From Candidatus Bipolaricaulota bacterium (GTDB lineage: Bacteria; Patescibacteriota; Patescibacteriia; UBA11705; DATKZF01): DNA of 64,000 nucleotides. Every line of letters starts with the position of its first letter. Within the stretch, counting starts at the first letter, position 1. Both the position numbers and the translations under genes were made by a program. Location: positions 150,699 to 214,698 of the forward strand of contig DATKZF010000003.1 of the NCBI GenBank assembly GCA_035528115.1, written 5' to 3'. This document shows, in pieces, positions 27,884 to 35,469 of this stretch. Below the pieces are notes generated by a model. The model saw only the letters and a program-made list of their open reading frames with translations. It was not told the origin of the DNA and ran no database searches.

Positions 27884-29875
27884 TCATAGAGGCCAAGCGC
27901 TGACATTCAAACCGCCTGACATGCTTTTGTCATAGATAAATTTTTCACCCAGGACTTTACCCAAGATATCAAAAACTCTCAGGTGAGGCCCGCCACCGGG
28001 TCCGGGCACCACGGCAATATCCAAATTGCCCGTTTTATCAAAATCAAATACCGCTGTTTTGGCGCCGCCCGTAAAACTGTCGCCATAAGCGGAAAAAGTT
28101 ACCGTCGGTCCGTTATTGCCGTCGAAAACTTTTATTTCCACTATGCCATTTTTGGGACTGGTGATTATCTCATTCAAACCGTCCGCGTTCAAATCGGCGA
28201 CCGTGACATAAACGCCGCTAAAATTTATATCGTAAGCGATAAATGATCGAATTATTTTGCCGTCCGAATCAAACACTTTCACTTCATTTGATCCCAAAGA
28301 ACCGATCACCAGCTCGTCAATGCCGTCGCCGTTCACATCGCCGGCTGACACGCTGCAACCGGATTGATCATCAAACGGAAAAAAGGATTTTATTTTTTGC
28401 GCGGTTTCGTCAATGAACAAAAGCTCGGTATTTCTGCCCGCGCCGCTGCAGGCCAAAAGAATGTTTTTTCCGTCAATGACCGCTTTACCCAAATTAACTC
28501 CACCCAAAAAATTCTGCTCAAACATGTACTTGCCTGCCAAAAGCCGTTGATTCAAAGAAAGGATGCGAAGCAAAGCCGGACTGCCCGCCTCGGGCGCGGC
28601 CGCGTATTCGAGATTGCCATCGCCATTGATATCGAGCATTATGGCTTGCGCTCCGGCCGCGAACTCGGTGTCGAACAAAGTGACTTTGGTGTCGATTTCC
28701 AAATTGTCATTGATAATATTCAAAACCGCGTCTTTTCCTCCTTGCGGACTGATCAAAAGCCGCGGCCCGTTTCTTTGAGAATTTTTCCCGTATTGAAGCA
28801 GGACTTGCCTCAAAGCGTTATGCGCGTCAATGACGCCGGCGCCCATGTCATCCGTTTCCATCCCCGGCAATATCTTTAGTTCCTGCGCTCCTTTTTCCAA
28901 CACTTTGACCACATCTTCCACTGTCAAACTTCTGTTGATCGATCTCATCAAAGCGACTGTGCCGCTGACCACGGCCGTGGAAAAAGATGTTCCGGAAGAA
29001 TCGTCGCCCCAATATTCATCTTCGGTTCTCGCCAATTGATGAATTTTCGTGCTGAACATTTCTTCGCCGGGCGCGCTGACGTCAAGACAAGAATGTCCGT
29101 AATTGCTGAAAATGGAAGCCACATTGCTGATATCGGAAGAACCAACGCCGATCACCAACATCTCTCCCTCGCTGTCATAGCATATCGGATATACCGGATC
29201 TTCATCCAAATCATATCCCTCGCCGTACCAGCCATTACCCGCGGCGGCCACCACGATGACGTTCTTGGCTTTGGCTCTCTCGATCGCTCTGGCGGCGGCC
29301 AATGAATCATCGTATCCGGACAAACTCAAATTAATGATATCCGCGCCGTTATCCACGGCGTAATCGATGGCGTCCGCCACAATACTGGTATCTCCGAAAC
29401 CGAATTCATCGAGCACTTTTATCGGCATGATTTTCACGTTGCTGGCAATGCCGGTAATGCCGCGGCCGTTCTCAACGCCGGCAATGATGCCCGCGATGAA
29501 CGTTCCGTGATGAAGCATTAATTCATCATACCCATAATTCGTATCCGGCCGCACGTCCGGCTGATCATACATAAAATCCCAACCGTTCACGTCGTCAATG
29601 AAGCCGTTGTGATCATTGTCAATATTATCCCCTCCGATTTCGTCCGTATTAACCCAAATATTTCTGGCCAAATCCGGATGAGAAGTATCAACGCCCGTAT
29701 CCAACACGGCCACCACCACCTCGCGACTGCCTTTGGTGATATCCCAGGCCGAGAAAGCATTTATCTTTTCCAAATACCACTGCTTGGCGACCAAAGGATC
29801 ATAAACCGCCAAATATGCCGTAATCGGAGCGGCCGCCAGCAGACAAATAGTAAAAAATAACAGAAATTTTTTCAT
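27884..29875 (-). CDS. Secreted S8 subtilisin-like protease with FG-GAP-like repeats
   Basis: Triad VAVLDTG, HGTFIAG, SGTSFS; C-terminal GDVNGDG.DE and GPGGGPHLRVF repeats. Confidence 0.93.
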   Translation of the reverse strand: MKKFLLFFTICLLAAAPITAYLAVYDPLVAKQWYLEKINAFSAWDITKGSREVVVAVLDTGVDTSHPDLARNIWVNTDEIGGDNIDNDHNGFIDDVNGWDFMYDQPDVRPDTNYGYDELMLHHGTFIAGIIAGVENGRGITGIASNVKIMPIKVLDEFGFGDTSIVADAIDYAVDNGADIINLSLSGYDDSLAAARAIERAKAKNVIVVAAAGNGWYGEGYDLDEDPVYPICYDSEGEMLVIGVGSSDISNVASIFSNYGHSCLDVSAPGEEMFSTKIHQLARTEDEYWGDDSSGTSFSTAVVSGTVALMRSINRSLTVEDVVKVLEKGAQELKILPGMETDDMGAGVIDAHNALRQVLLQYGKNSQRNGPRLLISPQGGKDAVLNIINDNLEIDTKVTLFDTEFAAGAQAIMLDINGDGNLEYAAAPEAGSPALLRILSLNQRLLAGKYMFEQNFLGGVNLGKAVIDGKNILLACSGAGRNTELLFIDETAQKIKSFFPFDDQSGCSVSAGDVNGDGIDELVIGSLGSNEVKVFDSDGKIIRSFIAYDINFSGVYVTVADLNADGLNEIITSPKNGIVEIKVFDGNNGPTVTFSAYGDSFTGGAKTAVFDFDKTGNLDIAVVPGPGGGPHLRVFDILGKVLGEKFIYDKSMSGGLNVSAWPL

Positions 29876-29998
29876 AATTTTTGTTTTTGCGACTAATTAA
29901 ATTGCTGTTTTAATTATACAATAATCAACCGAATTGCCAAAACGCAAAGTGAACAACTTCTTTAATTTAAGCTCAAAAAGCTGAAAAAATAACAAAGC

Positions 29999-30026
29999 TT
30001 GACAAACCTATCAAATAATGTACAAT
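29999..30026 (+). promoter_or_regulatory. Sigma70-like promoter for orphan 30063
   Basis: TTGACA-16-TACAAT. Confidence 0.6.
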
Positions 30027-30062
30027 ATGACGAAACTCTGAAAATCGGAAAGGAGTCTGAAC

Positions 30063-30944
30063 ATGGGATCGGTGATTAGTCTGGCTGAGTTTCGCGCCAG
30101 GAAGGAACCTCAACAACCCGAACGCGAGTTCGGAATCGACGGCCCGATCACGCAAGAAATGCCCGTGATCAGCGAGGCGGATCACTCGCATCGTCAAGCA
30201 ACGGCCGCGGCCTTTGCGCAAGAACTGCCGGCAGTGCGCCTGACGCCCACGCTGGAAGGCGACGGTCAGGTGGTGATCCAGCCGAAACCGGGACATTCCC
30301 GAATGACGGAAACAGTGACGGCCGCGACCTCAACGCCGACGTTCGAGCTCATCGACCGCCAAAGCGGCGAGGCGGAAAGAATCGCAGCGCGACGACAACA
30401 AACTCGCGCCGAGCTGGTGGAAGTCACCTCCAAGGTTCGGCCGATCAAACCGAGAGATGACGGGGAAGTTGCGACAACACCGCCGTTTCAAAGCTACAAC
30501 CCCCACATGTGGGAGTTGCTGGAACACTGGGCCATGGAACCGGTGTTTCCGGTGGTGGACGTGACACGGATCGTGGAATCCGTGGCTCCGTATTACCTCA
30601 AGATTACGATGAGCGCCGAGCGGATGCTTCTTCTTGGCAAAACGCTCGAGGACGAGAAGGCTACGGAGCGCCTGCTGGCGAAAGAACGCGCTTTCTGGCA
30701 GGCTCTTTCGCCGAAGCAAGAACAGCCGTGGAAAGACCTCTACATCAAGGGCTTTCACCCCCTGTGCGCTTCGGAAGCGGACTACTCCAAAAACGTCGTC
30801 TTCGGCGTTTTGGTCCTGCTGTCCGTGTTTCGGCAAAACTACCCTCCGCCGCTCAAGCGACGGATCGCGGCCGGACTGAAGCGCTGGTGGCAACGCCGCG
30901 TCATTCGCTGGCGTGGCTACTGGCAAAAGCGACGACATATTTAA
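30063..30944 (+). CDS. Orphan hypothetical protein (GC-rich)
   Basis: SD AAGGAG, own promoter, hairpin aaaagcatc..gatgctttt at the stop; basic Trp/Arg C-terminus. Confidence 0.7.
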   Translation: MGSVISLAEFRARKEPQQPEREFGIDGPITQEMPVISEADHSHRQATAAAFAQELPAVRLTPTLEGDGQVVIQPKPGHSRMTETVTAATSTPTFELIDRQSGEAERIAARRQQTRAELVEVTSKVRPIKPRDDGEVATTPPFQSYNPHMWELLEHWAMEPVFPVVDVTRIVESVAPYYLKITMSAERMLLLGKTLEDEKATERLLAKERAFWQALSPKQEQPWKDLYIKGFHPLCASEADYSKNVVFGVLVLLSVFRQNYPPPLKRRIAAGLKRWWQRRVIRWRGYWQKRRHI

Positions 30945-31001
30945 AAGCATCAAGCGACACCAACGCTCGATGCTTTTTCAATTTAAAATCTAATTTGGAA
31001 A

Positions 31002-31331
31002 TTACATGTCAGGGCCTTTATCTCTAAAACCAAAGCCGCTTTTGAAGGTGCTCCATAAACCTTGTTTGAATGACTCGACTTTTTCCCGATCTTCAGGAGG
31101 CAAATCTTCCAAATGAGTCTGGGAAGAATAGCCAAAACCTTTAACAAACGTTTCCCATAACGCTTCTTGCGACTTTTCGAGCGCTACCTTGATTTCAGGA
31201 TCGGAAGCCGCTTCCCCGGCCAAACGCGCTTGCATGGCCTCAAATTTTTTTAATTCTTCTTGTCCTTTTTGAAGCTCCTTATTGAGATCAATTTTCTCCT
31301 CCGGCATGGGAGTCGCTGTTTCAAATGACAT
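31002..31331 (-). CDS. Small acidic hypothetical protein with internal repeat
   Basis: LWETFVKGFG / LWSTFKSGFG. Confidence 0.7.
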   Translation of the reverse strand: MSFETATPMPEEKIDLNKELQKGQEELKKFEAMQARLAGEAASDPEIKVALEKSQEALWETFVKGFGYSSQTHLEDLPPEDREKVESFKQGLWSTFKSGFGFRDKGPDM

Positions 31332-31391
31332 AAATTTTTTATTTATGAATTAAGTACAAATATCTTATCAAACATAAAATCTAAAAACAAA

Positions 31392-33134
31392 TCACTTTTT
31401 CACAGCAACCTCTTTTTTGACTCGCTCGATAAAATCTTCCATGGCCATTTCAAACGTCTTTTTCTCCCCTCTTTGCCTGATATTCAATTTGCCGCTTTCA
31501 AGCTCTTTATCTCCAAAAACCAACATATACTGAACTTTTTCCATTTCAGCCTTTCTGATTTTATTGCCCACGGTCTCGTCGGTCGTATCCACGGCCGCGC
31601 GAATGCCTTCAGCGGAAAACTGCGAGGCCAACTCTTTTACTTTATCAAAATGCTTTTCGCTCACGGCAATCACTTTGACTTGAACCGGAGCCAGCCAGAG
31701 CGGGAACGCGCCCGCGTAATGCTCGATTAAAATTCCGATGAAACGCTCGAGCGAGCCGTAAGCCGTGCGATGAATCATAACTGGTTGTCTTTTTTGCCCA
31801 TCATCTTCGATGTAGGAAATATCAAACAATTCCGGCATGGAAAAATCCAGCTGAATGGTGCCGCACTGCCAATTTCTCCCCAGCGAATCGGTCAAATGAT
31901 AATCGATTTTGGGACCGTAAAAAGCGCCGTCGCCTTCGTTTAACGTGTAATCCATTTTCGTTTCCTCCAGCACTTCTTTGATCAATCGCTGGCTGTTTTC
32001 CCACATTTCGTCAGTGCCCGTAGATTTTTCCGGCCGGGTGGAGAACTCCACGCGATATTTGAAGCCAAAAGTCTTGTAAACTTCATCGATCAAACTCATC
32101 ACACCTTTGATTTCATCTTTCACTTGATTTGGCCGGCAATAAATATGCGCGTCATCTTGATGAAACGCTCTGACGCGAAAAAGTCCGTTTAAAACTCCGG
32201 ACAATTCATGGCGATGAACCAGCCCGACTTCGGCATAGCGAAGCGGCAATTCGCGATATGAATGCATGTTCGAATTAAAAACTAAAATTCCGCCCGGACA
32301 ATTCATGGGCTTGATGGCGTATTTTTCCCCGTCGATTTCCGTAAAATACATGTTTTCTTTGTAATGATCCCAATGGCCGGACTGATGCCAGAGTTTTTCT
32401 TTCAAAATTATCGGCGTTTTTATTTCCTCATAACCCCATTTTCGGTGAAGCTCATACCAGTAATCGAGCAAATTATGCCATAAAATCATGCCCTTTGGAT
32501 GCCAAAAAGCGAAACCCGGACCTTCTTCGTGAAAGCTGATCAAATCAAGCTCTCTGCCCAATTTTTTATGATCGCGCTTTTCCGCTTCTTCTCTCATCTT
32601 CAAATATTCATCAAGCTGTTTTTGCTTCTCAAAAGCCAGCCCGTAAATTCTTTGCAGCATTTTGTTTTTCTCCGAGCCGCGCCAATAAGCGCCCGCCACT
32701 TTGTCCAGCTTGAACGCGCCGGATTTACCAGTTGATTTGAGATGCGGGCCGGAACACATATCAACATATTTTACATTGCCGTCTCGATCGACGTTTTGGT
32801 AAAAACTCAATTTGGTCTCGCCATTTTCTTTCAATTCCTTGGCCAGTTCCAATTTGTAAATATCTCCGGCTTGCTCGAATTCTTTAATCGCCTCGTCAAT
32901 GTCTTTTTCCGATCGCTCGAATTTCTGATCTTCCTTAATGATTTCGTTCATCTTCTCTTCGATTTTCGGCAAATCTTCCGGCGTGAATGAATGTTTCGCG
33001 TCTAAATCATAATAAAAACCGTTGTCAATCGACGGACCGATGGCCAATTTCGTTCCCGGATATAACGCCAGCACGGCCTGGGCCATGATATGAGACATAG
33101 AGTGACGCATGGCTTCCGATTTTGAATCGTTCAT
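31392..33134 (-). CDS. thrS: Threonine--tRNA ligase
   Basis: RHSMSH, DMCSGPH, RDHKKLG, KPMNCPG, RHELSG, GAFYGPKID, IHRTAYGSLERF. Confidence 0.98.
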   Translation of the reverse strand: MNDSKSEAMRHSMSHIMAQAVLALYPGTKLAIGPSIDNGFYYDLDAKHSFTPEDLPKIEEKMNEIIKEDQKFERSEKDIDEAIKEFEQAGDIYKLELAKELKENGETKLSFYQNVDRDGNVKYVDMCSGPHLKSTGKSGAFKLDKVAGAYWRGSEKNKMLQRIYGLAFEKQKQLDEYLKMREEAEKRDHKKLGRELDLISFHEEGPGFAFWHPKGMILWHNLLDYWYELHRKWGYEEIKTPIILKEKLWHQSGHWDHYKENMYFTEIDGEKYAIKPMNCPGGILVFNSNMHSYRELPLRYAEVGLVHRHELSGVLNGLFRVRAFHQDDAHIYCRPNQVKDEIKGVMSLIDEVYKTFGFKYRVEFSTRPEKSTGTDEMWENSQRLIKEVLEETKMDYTLNEGDGAFYGPKIDYHLTDSLGRNWQCGTIQLDFSMPELFDISYIEDDGQKRQPVMIHRTAYGSLERFIGILIEHYAGAFPLWLAPVQVKVIAVSEKHFDKVKELASQFSAEGIRAAVDTTDETVGNKIRKAEMEKVQYMLVFGDKELESGKLNIRQRGEKKTFEMAMEDFIERVKKEVAVKK

Positions 33135-33210
33135 ATTGGATTAAAGTTGAAAGTTGCCGGATTAAAGTATTTAACTTTAATTTTTCAACCTACAACTTAT
33201 TATTTTATTT

Positions 33211-33413
33211 AAACAAAAAACCCAAGTCAAAAATGCTTGGGACCCCGAGCGAGTGAACTCGCAGAGAGCGAGTCGAGGGGCGGTTCCACCCAATTTTCGT
33301 CCATTGCGGACGACTCTTCATTTCGCCGCCGACCGCTTAGTCAAAGTCTTTCGAATCTTCGATTCCCCGAAAGGAAGGCCTATTGGTAATCGGCCCAATC
33401 GCTTTTGGCGAGC
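33211..33413 (-). promoter_or_regulatory. T-box riboswitch leader of thrS
   Basis: T-box AAATTGGGTGGAACCGC (33280-33296), antiterminator closed by GTCCC, overlapping terminator CCCAAG..CTTGGG-TTTTTT (33211-33241), promoter TTGCAT-17-TACAAT (33420-33448). Confidence 0.88.
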
Positions 33414-33459
33414 ATTGATATTGTATATAATCACGAAAAAAGATGCAAGTCTCCGCGGC

Positions 33460-34584
33460 TTATTCAACAATTTCAATTATAACATGATCCTCGAAACTCG
33501 GAATATGCCTCACCCAAAAAGGAGACAAGGCAACCTCCGCGGAAGCGATCTCCGGCAGAGCGTTCAAATACAATTCCGCTCCTTTTTCCGTTAAACCCAT
33601 CAAAGTCTCTTTATCCAAAATCTGACTTTTTTCATCCAATTTATATCTGCCCTCTGCGTGAATCATGACGGTCACCGTTTCATTTTCAAGATCAAAAGAT
33701 TCAATCGTATAGTCAAAATTATCCAAATCAACTCCGCTTAATGAGAAACCCTCGGCCGCTTGACCCAAAAGCTGTTCTCCGGCGATCGGATAAAGCCCTT
33801 GGCGATCGAACATCACCACCGTTACTTTAACTTTTGTTTTGACCGTGAATTTATCGGTTATATCATCGACCTTGGCGCCGACTTCCTCTTCCAAAATTTC
33901 CTTGTCAACCACTAAAATCGCGCCGTCTTTGCCATCAACGAAATCGGCTGAAACCTGATCCTCTATTTCTTTAAGCAATTCTTCCTTGGCTCGATCAATG
34001 TCTTTTTGCTGAACGAAACCCACTTCCTGAGCCGAATTAAGAAAAGTCGTGGAACTTTCCCCATAAATTTGATCCTGCAATCCTTCCCAAAGGCCGGGAA
34101 TGGTGAATTTGGTCGGCTTTATTTCTTTAAATGAATTCGGATCGTCCGCATACACCTTGGCATTGACGCTGCCGCCGGCCGGCACGGTCACGCTGTTTTT
34201 TAATCTGAGCAAAATGCCGTCGGATGTTTTCAATCGAGTGGTGGCCACGAGCGGCTGGTCTTTGGAATATTCATTGATTAATTTAATACTGCCGATAATG
34301 TCGTTTTCCACTTTTCTCTTGCCGGTGGGGCTGAATTCTTTTTCTTTTTCAATAATCACGTCATTTAATTTTCCTTCTATCGACAAGGCTGACTGGCTGT
34401 CCGCTCCGGCCATGATATTGACCGGAAAATCGACTTTCATGGTTTGTTTTTCAGGCGTGATTTTAATCACCGCTTTATTGAAAACAATTAAAACGACAAA
34501 TAATATTAAAATGGCGCAAGCGATCAAAAAAACGAAAATCAATTTGCGATAGATGTGAGATAAACGCACTTTATACAAAACCAT
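33460..34584 (-). CDS. Membrane-anchored protein, baseplate-J-like CPR family
   Basis: N-terminal TM; G.I.LIN.YS..QPLVATTRL...TVPAG...V.AD...FTIPGL; SPFWV.HIP. Confidence 0.6.
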   Translation of the reverse strand: MVLYKVRLSHIYRKLIFVFLIACAILILFVVLIVFNKAVIKITPEKQTMKVDFPVNIMAGADSQSALSIEGKLNDVIIEKEKEFSPTGKRKVENDIIGSIKLINEYSKDQPLVATTRLKTSDGILLRLKNSVTVPAGGSVNAKVYADDPNSFKEIKPTKFTIPGLWEGLQDQIYGESSTTFLNSAQEVGFVQQKDIDRAKEELLKEIEDQVSADFVDGKDGAILVVDKEILEEEVGAKVDDITDKFTVKTKVKVTVVMFDRQGLYPIAGEQLLGQAAEGFSLSGVDLDNFDYTIESFDLENETVTVMIHAEGRYKLDEKSQILDKETLMGLTEKGAELYLNALPEIASAEVALSPFWVRHIPSFEDHVIIEIVE

Positions 34585-34677
34585 AAAATATCCATTTAAA
34601 TTTTGGCCTGTTTTAATTATAACACAAATTTTAATAATGCGCTGTGGATAGGCGCGTCCGCGCTGTTTTTAAAATAT

Positions 34678-34718
34678 AAAAGCCGCCCTTTCAAATCATT
34701 TCGAAAAAAGCGGCTTTT
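34678..34718. terminator. Terminator-like hairpin
   Basis: aaaagccgc...gcggctttt. Confidence 0.55.
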
Positions 34719-34764
34719 ACGTAGACGAATAATCGTCCGAGTTCACGGAAATTTGAGACATATA

Positions 34765-35067
34765 TCAGTTCTCAATAGCGGCGGCTTTTTTTTCTTCAAG
34801 CCTCGACCGCCTTTTATTGTCCATCATCTTAAAAACAAACGTGCTGATCATGGTGCCGATGGCGCAACCGATGGCATAAGCCAAGACAATCTGCCAATTT
34901 TTGATGTCCGACATTACCTGTTGCAAAACATAGTACCAGATGAACACATTGATGACGGTAACTATTCCGCTGACTAACACTTTGGCTTCGGTGACTGTTT
35001 TCGTCCAGGCTGAAATAATCAGCATTTCCACCAAGCCAATAAAAAATAGTGTCATAAGCGTAGCCAA
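34765..35067 (-). CDS. Small membrane protein (DUF2179/DUF5698-like)
   Basis: 3 TM, AYAIGCAIGT motif; start TTG 35067 or ATG 35055. Confidence 0.7.
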   Translation of the reverse strand: MATLMTLFFIGLVEMLIISAWTKTVTEAKVLVSGIVTVINVFIWYYVLQQVMSDIKNWQIVLAYAIGCAIGTMISTFVFKMMDNKRRSRLEEKKAAAIEN

Positions 35068-35189
35068 CTTAATTGTAAAATGAGCAAAAGCGACCTTTGA
35101 TTCTTTTTAAAGTTTTTCAGAGCCTTGCTCGAAACTCTGAAATTGCTTGGAAAAGAAGCAAAAAACGCCGTTAAGCGTTTTGCCACAAT

Positions 35190-35218
35190 ATTGTACAAAA
35201 ATTTCCAAAAATTGTCAA
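35190..35218 (-). promoter_or_regulatory. Sigma70 promoter
   Basis: TTGACA-17-TACAAT on minus strand. Confidence 0.75.
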
Positions 35219-35241
35219 GCTTAAAAAATACGTTTTTTTGC

Positions 35242-35395
35242 AAAAAAACGGCAGCGACTCTGAGAGCGCTGCCAAAAGAGGACGTTGAGGATGACGGCGG
35301 ATATTAGAATCCGCCGTTCGCGAGGTCGAACCCATCCTTTTTCAAACGGTCTTTCATGAAAAAGCTACGATTCTTCATTGGATTTACGCCATGTT
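35242..35395 (-). ncRNA. Candidate structured RNA ending in an intrinsic terminator
   Basis: Multi-stem pairing potential followed by GGCAGCG..CGCTGCC-G-T7; no family recognised. Confidence 0.35.
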
Positions 35396-35469
35396 TTATT
35401 TAATTTTAGACAAAAAAATACGAGCATTAACCCGTAAAAACACACCTAAATCCGCCGATTTATCAAACT

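Noticed and set aside
33253-33594. 113-aa plus-strand ORF
   Set aside because: Antisense to the T-box leader and the end of the upstream gene.
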